This document shows, in pieces, positions 1-8,546 of a stretch of 64,000 nucleotides of DNA. Numbering within the stretch: position 1 is the stretch's first letter; each line of letters opens with the position of its first letter. The stretch lies in contig CAXXTG010000171.1 in the NCBI GenBank assembly GCA_963666855.2, positions 3,943 to 67,942 on the forward strand, in the 5' to 3' direction. This stretch comes from Vicinamibacterales bacterium. GTDB taxonomy: Bacteria; Acidobacteriota; Vicinamibacteria; Vicinamibacterales; UBA8438. The notes beneath the pieces were generated by a model, which saw nothing but the letters and a program-made list of their open reading frames with translations, was not told where the DNA came from and ran no database searches. The position numbers and the translations under genes are program-made.

Positions 1-702
1 GCCGCGCTCATGGCCGCGCTCGTCCTGTTCCCGGCCGCCTTCGTCGCCGACGTCGAGACCGGGATGGCCGCCGACGTCATGAACATCAGCCTCGGGGGGC
101 CGGAGGGCCCCACCACCGGCGGCCAGGCGGCGCTCGCCGCGCGCCCCGTGCAGGAGGTGCTTCCGCTGGCGGAGGCGGACCGCGCCCAGTGGATCCAGCC
201 GCCCACCCCCGCCCCGCCGGAGGCGGTCCTGCCGGACGAGGACGCGCGCCGCCGGGTCGAGGAGGACGTGCCGCCGGAGGCCGCGCCGGAGGAGTCCCGG
301 GGGCGCACGCCGACGCGCGGGCCGACCCTGCGGGAGGGCAACGCGCTGGCGGACACCGGCGCCGAGGGGGACGGCCTGGGACTCTCCGCCGGCGGGCTGG
401 GCGGGGGCGGCGAGCTCGAGCTGATGAACTTCTGCTGTCCGGAATACATCGCGATCATGAGGGAACGTATACGCAACAACTGGAACCGCCGGCAACGGAT
501 GACCGGCCAGGTGACGATCAGGTTCACCATCCAGCGTGACGGCCGCATCACCGACGTGGCGCGGGAGACGAGCAGCGGCCACTTCGCGCTCGACACGAGC
601 GCCGAGCGCGCCGTGCTCCTGACGAGGCAGTTGCCGTACCTGCCGCCGGCGTTCCCCAGCGACAGCCTGACCGTTCATCTCGATTTCCAGTATCGACGCT
701 GA
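1..702 (+). CDS. TonB/TolA-type energy transducer, C-terminal domain protein (probably truncated at the window edge)
   Basis: ORF 10..702 stays open back to base 1. A Pro/Glu/Ala-rich linker is followed by a TonB_C-like domain (IRFTIQRDGRITDV...LTVHLDFQY). It lies directly upstream of tolB-pal-cpoB. Confidence 0.75.
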   Translation, partial: AALMAALVLFPAAFVADVETGMAADVMNISLGGPEGPTTGGQAALAARPVQEVLPLAEADRAQWIQPPTPAPPEAVLPDEDARRRVEEDVPPEAAPEESRGRTPTRGPTLREGNALADTGAEGDGLGLSAGGLGGGGELELMNFCCPEYIAIMRERIRNNWNRRQRMTGQVTIRFTIQRDGRITDVARETSSGHFALDTSAERAVLLTRQLPYLPPAFPSDSLTVHLDFQYRR

Positions 703-715
703 GGAGCATCCGCCG

Positions 716-2167
716 ATGGCCCGACTTGCGCGCCGCCCCCCCGATGGCCCGACAGCCCGCCGCCCCGAGGGCGCCCGCGGCTGGTTTCGATCGAACGACC
801 CGCACCCGGCGTGGGGTTGGAGCGTCCTGGCCGCCGCCCTGGCGGTGGTCGCCGCCCCCCCGTTGCCGACGTCCATCGGGGCGGCCGGGCGTCAGGACGC
901 GGTCCGGGTGGCCATCGGAGACAGCATCGGGGGCCGGTCGAGCATCGCGGTGCCGGACTGCCTGCCCCTGACGCCGGATGAGACGACGCGGGCGGCGGGC
1001 CGCACCATCGCCCAGGTGCTGTGGGACGATCTGGACTTCGAACGCGAGTTCCGGATGATTCCCCGCGACGTCTACCGCACGATCCCCGCCGCGGGCTCCC
1101 TGGTCGACGTGCCCTTCGACCGATGGCGCGAGATCGGCGCCGACGGCGTGGTGAGCTGCACCGTCGAGGCCCGCGGCGAGCGCCGGATCGAGATCGCCGT
1201 CCGCCTGTTCTCGGTCCGCACCGGCGAGTCGGCGTTCGGCGTCGTCTACGCCGGCTCGACCCGCGACGTCCGCCGCTATGGCCACCAGCTCTCGGACGAG
1301 ATCCACCGGCACCAGCGCGGCCTCGAGGGCGTGGCCCGCACGCGGCTCGCGTTCGTCTCGGACCGCGACAGCGAATCGGCGTTCGGGCTGATCGAGAACC
1401 GGCCGGTGAAGGAGATCTATCTCGCCGACTACGACGGCGCCAACCCGCGGCGGGTCACCGTCTCCCGCAGCCTCAACACGAATCCGGCTTGGGCGCCCGA
1501 CGGCCGCTCCATCGCGTACACGTCGTGGCAGAGCGGGTTCCCCGACGTGGCCGTGTCGCATCTCTTCGAGGGCCGCATGGCCAAGCCGGTCCAGGGCGAC
1601 AGCCGGCGGCAGAACTTCCTGCCCGCCTTCTCGCCGGACGGCCGCCGCATCGCCTTCAACTCGAACCGCGACGACAACAGCGACATCTACGTCGCGAACG
1701 TGGACGGCACCGGCGTGCTGCGGCTGACCAACCACCCGGCCATCGACACCAGCCCCACGTGGTCGCCGAACGGCCAGCAGATCGCGTTCACGTCCGACCG
1801 CACCGGCACGCCGCAGATCTACGTCGTCGGCGCCGACGGCACCGGCCTGCGGCGGCTGACCTACGAGAGCTACTGCGACCGGCCGACGTGGTCGCCGCCG
1901 CCGTTCAACGAGATCGCCTACTCGTCGCGGACCAGCGCCGGGGGGCATGACATCAAGGTGCTGGACCTGGCCACGAACGAGGTCCGCCAACTGACGTTCG
2001 GGCTCGGCTCGAACGAGAGTCCGAGCTACTCGCCCAACGGCCGCCACATCGCGTTCATGTCGACGCGCAACGAATCGAAGCAGATCTACACGATAGGGCG
2101 CGACGGCCGGGGGCTGCGCCGGGTCACGTCGGCCGGCAACAACGAGATGCCGAGCTGGTCGCGGTAA
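716..2167 (+). CDS. tolB: Tol-Pal system beta-propeller protein TolB
   Basis: 483-aa ORF with repeated propeller blades (NPAWAPDGRSIAYTS, LPAFSPDGRRIAFNS, SPTWSPNGQQIAFTS, SPSYSPNGRHIAFMS). GAGGAG RBS upstream of the ATG. Tol-Pal gene order. Confidence 0.93.
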   Translation: MARLARRPPDGPTARRPEGARGWFRSNDPHPAWGWSVLAAALAVVAAPPLPTSIGAAGRQDAVRVAIGDSIGGRSSIAVPDCLPLTPDETTRAAGRTIAQVLWDDLDFEREFRMIPRDVYRTIPAAGSLVDVPFDRWREIGADGVVSCTVEARGERRIEIAVRLFSVRTGESAFGVVYAGSTRDVRRYGHQLSDEIHRHQRGLEGVARTRLAFVSDRDSESAFGLIENRPVKEIYLADYDGANPRRVTVSRSLNTNPAWAPDGRSIAYTSWQSGFPDVAVSHLFEGRMAKPVQGDSRRQNFLPAFSPDGRRIAFNSNRDDNSDIYVANVDGTGVLRLTNHPAIDTSPTWSPNGQQIAFTSDRTGTPQIYVVGADGTGLRRLTYESYCDRPTWSPPPFNEIAYSSRTSAGGHDIKVLDLATNEVRQLTFGLGSNESPSYSPNGRHIAFMSTRNESKQIYTIGRDGRGLRRVTSAGNNEMPSWSR

Positions 2168-2237
2168 CCCGCGGCGCGGGCGCGCAACCGGGGTTGACCG
2201 CGCGAACCCGGTTCGGAACACGGGAGGACTGCCGAAG

Positions 2238-2834
2238 ATGCACCATCGAAGACGCGTTTCACGGTTTGCCGGCGCCGCGGGCCTCGCCGCCCTGGTTCTG
2301 CAGGCCGCCTGCTCGGACAACCCGCCGCCGGCGCTCCCGGAACCGGTGATCGAACCGACGGTCATCGAGGATCCGCCGGAGATCGTCGCCGCCGATCCCG
2401 CGCCGGAGTTCGCCGCCCCCCCGCCGCCGTCGACCGCCCCGGTCCTGACGCCGGACGAGGAGATCGCCGCCCGGTCGCTGGAGGAGCTCAACCGTTCCCT
2501 GCTCCTCGAGCCGGTCTTCTTCGTGCTCGACGGCGCCGAGCTCGACGAGCGCGGCCGGCGGGTCGTGGAAGCCAACGCCGAGATGCTCGCGCGCTTCCCG
2601 ACCTGGAGCGTAACGATCGAGGGGCACTGCGACGAGCGGGGCACGCCGGAGTACAACCTCGCGCTCGGCGAACGCCGGGCCATCGCCGCCCGGCGCTACC
2701 TCCTGCAGCTCGGGCTGGACGACGCGCGCGTCCGGACCGTCAGCTACGGCAAGGAGTTTCCGTTCGACCCCGGACACGACGAAGCGGCCTGGGCCGCGAA
2801 CCGGCGCGCGCACTTCGTGATTACGCAGAAGTAG
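2238..2834 (+). CDS. pal: Peptidoglycan-associated lipoprotein Pal (OmpA-family C-terminal domain)
   Basis: Lipobox-like LVLQAAC-S, Pro-rich linker and OmpA-like domain (GHCDERGTPEYNLALGERRA...ANRRAHF). GGGAGG RBS. Confidence 0.92.
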   Translation: MHHRRRVSRFAGAAGLAALVLQAACSDNPPPALPEPVIEPTVIEDPPEIVAADPAPEFAAPPPPSTAPVLTPDEEIAARSLEELNRSLLLEPVFFVLDGAELDERGRRVVEANAEMLARFPTWSVTIEGHCDERGTPEYNLALGERRAIAARRYLLQLGLDDARVRTVSYGKEFPFDPGHDEAAWAANRRAHFVITQK

Positions 2835-3002
2835 CCCCCCGGCCCCCCGGCGGTGGCGGCCCCGGGCGGAGCCGCCGGACGGCGGTCGGCGGGCTGGCGG
2901 ATCGCGCGCGGCCGGGGTACCATAGGAACGGGCCGCGCGGCCCGGTGCCCGGCCGCCGTCGTCTCCCGTTTCCATCCCCCGTTTCGGCGAAGAGGCAGTG
3001 TC

Positions 3003-3848
3003 ATGTCGCCCAGAGGTAGTGTCATGAGATGGCTCCCCTTCCGGCTCGCGCTCGGGTTCCTCGCCGCAGCCCTGACCGTCGTTCCCGTCCGGGGCCAGAA
3101 CCGCGAGCACCAGCAGATCGCGGCCGATATCCGGATGCTGCAGGAGCAGGACGCGCGGCTGCAGCTCATGCTCGCGGCATTGGAGCGGACTTTGCATTCC
3201 ATCCTGACGCGGCTCGACGAGCAGGGCGACGACGTCCGCCGGGGGTTCGCGAACCAGCAGATCCAGGTCGACAGCGTCGCGACGGGGGTGCGGGTGGTCC
3301 GGGAGAAGGTCGACGAGAACAACGTGCGGGTGGCCTCCCTCGCGCAGGAGGTCGAGGCGCTGCGGATGGCCATGCCGGTGATGGGCGCGCCCCTCACCGA
3401 CCTCGAGGTCGATCCGGAGACCGGCCTGCCGGTGAACCCGGCCTTCTCGGCACCGCCGCCCGTCAACCCGGGGGTTTCGCCGAAGCGGCTCTACGACACC
3501 GCGTACACGGACTACACGACCGGCCAGTGGGCGCTCTCGATTCAGGGGTTCGAGCAGTTCATCAGCACGTTCCCGCGGTCGGAGATCGCAGACGACGCCC
3601 TGTTCTTCATCGGACAGAACCATTACGCGGACGGCCGGTTCCGGGAGGCGGCCGACGCGTACGAGCAGGTGGCCGTGCGCTATCCCGCCGGCGACGTGGT
3701 GGCCGAGGCGCTGTACAAGCGCGGGCTCGCGCTGGAGCGCCTCGACCAGATCGATCTGGCCCGCGAGACGTTCCAGACCGTGGTGCGGGAGCATCCCGAC
3801 GACAACATGGCGAATCTGGCGCAGCAGGCGCTCGACCGCCTGGACTGA
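3003..3848 (+). CDS. cpoB: Tol-Pal associated TPR protein CpoB/YbgF
   Basis: Signal peptide MRWLPFRLALGFLAAALTVVPVRG, coiled-coil part, then YbgF-type TPR (YDTAYTDYTTGQWALSIQGFEQFISTFPRSEIADDALFFIGQNHY). The start is ambiguous: ATG 3003 or ATG 3024, each behind an almost identical AGAGG-N7 module. The upstream part of ORF 2853.. is Arg-rich junk. Confidence 0.85.
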   Translation: MSPRGSVMRWLPFRLALGFLAAALTVVPVRGQNREHQQIAADIRMLQEQDARLQLMLAALERTLHSILTRLDEQGDDVRRGFANQQIQVDSVATGVRVVREKVDENNVRVASLAQEVEALRMAMPVMGAPLTDLEVDPETGLPVNPAFSAPPPVNPGVSPKRLYDTAYTDYTTGQWALSIQGFEQFISTFPRSEIADDALFFIGQNHYADGRFREAADAYEQVAVRYPAGDVVAEALYKRGLALERLDQIDLARETFQTVVREHPDDNMANLAQQALDRLD

Positions 3849-3852
3849 GAAT

Positions 3853-4278
3853 ATGGGAAGCGTCAACAAGGTCTTTCTGATCGGGAACCTCGGCCGCGAC
3901 GCCGAGCAGCGGCACACCACCAACGGCACCGCCGTCAGCACCCTGAACCTGGCCACCACGGACACGTGGAACGACAAGTCGGGGCAGCGCCAGGAACGCA
4001 CGGAATGGCACCGCGTGGTGGTCTGGGACCGGCAGTCGGAGTCGCTGCAGCCCTATCTGACGAAGGGCAAGCAGATCTGCGTCGAGGGGCGGCTGCAGAC
4101 CCGCGAGTGGAACGACCGGGATGGCAACAAGCGGTACACGACCGAGATCCGCGCGGACCGGATCACGCTCCTCGGCGGACGCGGGGGCGCCGGCGGCGGT
4201 CCCGGCCGGCCCGACGCGGCGGCCGGGGACGCCGAGTCCGGCCCCGCCGATCTGACCGAGGACGACATCCCGTTCTGA
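3853..4278 (+). CDS. ssb: Single-stranded DNA-binding protein
   Basis: OB-fold N-terminus (NKVFLIGNLGRDAE...TEWHRVVVW), Gly-rich tail and canonical acidic tip DDIPF. Confidence 0.95.
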   Translation: MGSVNKVFLIGNLGRDAEQRHTTNGTAVSTLNLATTDTWNDKSGQRQERTEWHRVVVWDRQSESLQPYLTKGKQICVEGRLQTREWNDRDGNKRYTTEIRADRITLLGGRGGAGGGPGRPDAAAGDAESGPADLTEDDIPF

Positions 4279-4297
4279 TCGCCCGCCGGCGGGGGCG

Positions 4298-4645
4298 TCA
4301 ACCGTCCGAGGCGCCCCGGCCGTATCGATCCTCGAGCCGGACCACGTCGTCGAGTTCCGGCGTCGACACCTCGAAGATGTCGGCCGTCTCCAGAGCGGTC
4401 ATGCGGTGGACCGTTCCCGGCGCGATGTGAACGCGGTCTCCCGGGCCCATCTCGCGGGTCGCCCGGGCGTCGCCCCGCCCCGTCTCGAACCGGATGCGTC
4501 CGCTCCAGACCAGGATGGTCTCGTCCTTGACCGTGTGGTACTGCAGGCTCAGGGCGTGTCCGGCCTCGACGTGGATGATCTTCCCGACGTAGCGATCGGT
4601 CTTCGCCCAGTGCAGCTCGTACCCCCACGGCTTGTCCACTCTCAT
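4298..4645 (-). CDS. Cupin domain protein (type II phosphomannose-isomerase-like cupin)
   Basis: Only the last 115 codons of ORF 4298..4894 look real (MRVDKPWGYELHWAKTDRYVGKIIHVEAGHALSLQYH...). ATG at 4645 overlaps the rapZ stop by 4 nt (ATGA). Confidence 0.8.
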   Translation of the reverse strand: MRVDKPWGYELHWAKTDRYVGKIIHVEAGHALSLQYHTVKDETILVWSGRIRFETGRGDARATREMGPGDRVHIAPGTVHRMTALETADIFEVSTPELDDVVRLEDRYGRGASDG

Positions 4646-5628
4646 CCGGCGTTCTCCCCCTCGTCGCCCCGGCCGCCCGCGACGTCGCGGTGCCGTACGC
4701 GCCATCGCACCCCGGCGACCCCCTGCAGCCTCTCCTTGAGCTGATCGACGATCACGACGGAGCGGTGACGTCCGCCGGTGCACCCGACGCCGACCGTCAG
4801 GTAGCTCTTGCCCTCGTGGATGTACCGGGGAATCAGGAACTCGAGCAGATCGACGGTCTTGTCCAGGAACGGCGCGACCGTCTCGGCCCCGCACACGTAG
4901 TCGCGGACGCCCGCGTCCCTGCCGCTGAGCGCCTTCAGCTCGGGAACGAAGTACGGGTTCGGCAGGAAGCGGACGTCGAACAGGAGATCCGATTCCGGGG
5001 GCACGCCGTGCTTGTAGCCGAAGCTCAGCAGGGTCGCCGTCAGCCGCGCCCGGCGGTCCCTGCCTTCCGCGAGCTCGCCGAAGGCCCGGCGCAGCTCGTG
5101 CACGGTGAGGTCGGAGGTGTCGAGCACCAGGTCCGACATCTCCTTGATCGGGCGGAGCCGCGCCCGTTCGATCAGGATGCCCTCGATGACCGACCCCGCG
5201 GGGGCCAGCGGATGCGGCCGGCGCGTTTCGCTGAAGCGCCGCAGCAGCGCGGCGTCGGAGGCCTCGAGAAAGATGAGCCAGGTCCGCAGGCCGCCCCGGG
5301 CGCGAAGCGCCGTGAAGACGCCGGCGAACTGATCGAGGAACGACCGGTCCCGGACATCGACGACGGCGGCGATGGCGTCATGGCGCGCGCCCTCGCCGGG
5401 ACCGAGGTCGGCCAGAACCGGGATCAACACCGTCGGCAGGTTGTCGACGCAAAGATAGCCGAGGTCTTCCAGGGCGCGGATCGCCGCGGACTTCCCGGCG
5501 CCGGAAAGGCCGGTGACCACGACGAAGCGCGTCGCCGGGCTCTCCCGGAACGCGCGGCCTCCGCCCGGCGGGCGTTCCCCGCCGGCGGGGCCTCGCGCGC
5601 CCGCCCCCCCGCGATCACTGGCGGCCAT
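4642..5628 (-). CDS. rapZ: RNase adapter / nucleotide-binding protein RapZ
   Basis: Walker A GLSGAGKS, LEDLGY.CVDNLP, and C-terminal GCTGGRHRSV motif. The ATG at 5628 was chosen because the upstream part of the ORF is Arg/Gly-rich. Confidence 0.9.
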   Translation of the reverse strand: MAASDRGGAGARGPAGGERPPGGGRAFRESPATRFVVVTGLSGAGKSAAIRALEDLGYLCVDNLPTVLIPVLADLGPGEGARHDAIAAVVDVRDRSFLDQFAGVFTALRARGGLRTWLIFLEASDAALLRRFSETRRPHPLAPAGSVIEGILIERARLRPIKEMSDLVLDTSDLTVHELRRAFGELAEGRDRRARLTATLLSFGYKHGVPPESDLLFDVRFLPNPYFVPELKALSGRDAGVRDYVCGAETVAPFLDKTVDLLEFLIPRYIHEGKSYLTVGVGCTGGRHRSVVIVDQLKERLQGVAGVRWRVRHRDVAGGRGDEGENAG

Positions 5629-5708
5629 ACGGCTCCCCCGCCGCGCCGGTGGGTGCGCGGACCGCGCGGGCGAGGCCCCGTCGGCGCGCGGCCGTTCGCC
5701 CCGGCGGC

Positions 5709-6074
5709 TCAAGTGACGCTCGTCGTGTCGTCCCTCTCCCCATCGTGGCCGGCCGACTCGGACACCGGTGCGACTTGACGCCGGCGGTCCTGCCACTTGC
5801 CCTTCAGGGTGTGGGCCTGGTGGTTGACCTTGTCCACGGCGGTGCCGACCGCCGCCTGCCAGTTCGGCCCTTCCGCGGCGCCGTGGAGCCGATGGTCGCC
5901 CCGCGCATGGACGACGAGTTCGGATACGCAGAGATGACGCGCCGACGACAACACCAACTCGGCGGACACGAAGGCGTCGCCGAGCACCCGCTCCAGAGGC
6001 AGGAGCCGCTTGTCGATCAGATCGCGCAACTCGTCGTTCACGGGGACGTTCCGGGCCGTCAACGTGTATTGCAT
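5709..6074 (-). CDS. hpf: Ribosome hibernation promoting factor / RaiA family (short form)
   Basis: MQYTLTARNVPVNDELRDLIDKRL... is typical of sigma-54 modulation protein/S30EA. It lies directly downstream of rpoN. Confidence 0.88.
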   Translation of the reverse strand: MQYTLTARNVPVNDELRDLIDKRLLPLERVLGDAFVSAELVLSSARHLCVSELVVHARGDHRLHGAAEGPNWQAAVGTAVDKVNHQAHTLKGKWQDRRRQVAPVSESAGHDGERDDTTSVT

Positions 6075-6183
6075 GGGCGTCAGTGTCCTGTGGGCAAGTC
6101 GTTTCGAACGGTTTCCCGCCATCCGCGGCGAACCGGGCGAGCGGGCCCGGCCGGCGTCCGGATGGCGGCTGGATGCGGGCGGG

Positions 6184-7602
6184 TCAGAACAGGACCCGCC
6201 GCCGGCTCGACGTGGGGATTCTCATTTCCTCGCGGTACTTCGCGATCGTGCGCCGGGCGAGAATCAGGCCGTCGTCCTGAAGGAGGCGTACGATGCGCGC
6301 GTCGCTGAGGGGCTTCCGGGAATCCTCCTCTTCGATGATCCTGCGGATGCGTTGCTTGATGGCGACGGACGACACGCTCCGGCCGTAGGCGCTGTTGATG
6401 CCGCTGTGGAAGAAGTACTTCATCTCCAGCACGCCTTGGGGGGTGTGCATGTACTTGTTGTTGACGACCCGGCTCACGGTGGACTCGTGCATGCCGATGT
6501 CGTCGGCGACCTCCCGCAGCACCAGGGGCCGAAGGAACTCGATGCCCCGATCGAGGAACTCGTGCTGGAACGAAATGATGCTGGTGGCCACCTTGTGGAT
6601 GGTCTTCTGCCGCTGATCGACCGACTTGATGAGCCACAACGCCGATCTGAACTTCTCCTTCACGTAGGCGCGGGTCTCGCGGTTGTCGTTGTTCTTGTCG
6701 AGCAGCCGCCGGTAGACCGGACTGATCCGGAGCTGCGGCATGCCGTCCTCGTTCAGCATGGCGACATACCGGTCTTCGACCTTCACGACGTAGATGTCGG
6801 GGATGACGTGCTGAGAGGCGGCGGGGTTGTAGCGGCTTCCCGGTCTCGGATCGAGCTGCCTGATGACGCCGACGTGGTGCTTCAGCTCTTCGACGGTGAG
6901 TCCGAGGCGGCGGGCGATCTCCTGGCCCTGCTGATCCTGAAGCAGCTTCAGGTGCCCGCGCACGATCGTCTCGGTGACCGTGCCGTTCAGCCCGAGGTGG
7001 GCGATCTGGAGCATCAGGCATTCCTGGAGCCCCCGCGCCGCGACCCCGACCGGATCGAAACTCTGGACCACCCGCAGGACGCGTTCGACGTCCGCGGCCT
7101 CCCACCGGCCCATCGCCGCGATCTCATCGACCGACGCCGCGAGGTAGCCGTCGTCGTCGAGATTGCCGATGATCGCCGAGCCGACGTCCCGGACCAGCGG
7201 ATCGTCGTCGCCGGGCTGCAGGGAGAGCTGCCACATCAGGTGGTCGGCCAGGGCCCCCGGCGTCGACAGCGTGTTCTCTATCGGGGGAAGCTCACGGACC
7301 TCCTGGGGGGTATGCGGGCGGTAGCCGTCGTCGAGGTAGTCGCCGAAGAAGTACTCGTAGTCGGCATCGTCCCAGCCGTCCCGCCCGTCCTGGTCGGCCG
7401 CCGCCTCGGGCTTGGCCGCCTCCGGCGGCTCCAGGTCCTCGGCCGTCACCTCCTCCAGCATCGGGTTCTCGACCACCTCCTGCGTCAGCAGGTCGACGAG
7501 CTCGAGGGTCGTCATCGGCAACAGCTTGATCGCCTGTTGGAGCGACGGCGTCAGGATGAGCTTCTGCGAGAGGCGGGTCTGGAGCCGCTGCTGAAGTGCC
7601 AT
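6184..7602 (-). CDS. rpoN: RNA polymerase sigma-54 factor
   Basis: Region I MALQQRLQTRLSQKLILTPSLQQAIKLL, acidic region II, HTH and RpoN box ARRTIAKYREEM at the C-terminus. Confidence 0.95.
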   Translation of the reverse strand: MALQQRLQTRLSQKLILTPSLQQAIKLLPMTTLELVDLLTQEVVENPMLEEVTAEDLEPPEAAKPEAAADQDGRDGWDDADYEYFFGDYLDDGYRPHTPQEVRELPPIENTLSTPGALADHLMWQLSLQPGDDDPLVRDVGSAIIGNLDDDGYLAASVDEIAAMGRWEAADVERVLRVVQSFDPVGVAARGLQECLMLQIAHLGLNGTVTETIVRGHLKLLQDQQGQEIARRLGLTVEELKHHVGVIRQLDPRPGSRYNPAASQHVIPDIYVVKVEDRYVAMLNEDGMPQLRISPVYRRLLDKNNDNRETRAYVKEKFRSALWLIKSVDQRQKTIHKVATSIISFQHEFLDRGIEFLRPLVLREVADDIGMHESTVSRVVNNKYMHTPQGVLEMKYFFHSGINSAYGRSVSSVAIKQRIRRIIEEEDSRKPLSDARIVRLLQDDGLILARRTIAKYREEMRIPTSSRRRVLF

Positions 7603-7773
7603 GGGGCCGGTGTTCGCGATCCGCGCGGGGCGCCGCATCCAGGGCCGCGTCCCTGCCGCCGCGTGCCTCGCGTCGGCGCATCCTCGGGGCCGCGTGCTCT
7701 CTCGATTCTAGTGCCCCCCCGCCGCCGTTCGCAACAGAGCCGGCGGGGCCGGGGCCGGAATCGGAAGGCGCCG

Positions 7774-8499
<726 letters not shown>

Positions 8500-8546
8500 G
8501 CGGGCGGGGCCGGCGCCGGGTACGCGGCGGTCGGACGGTACGGGAT

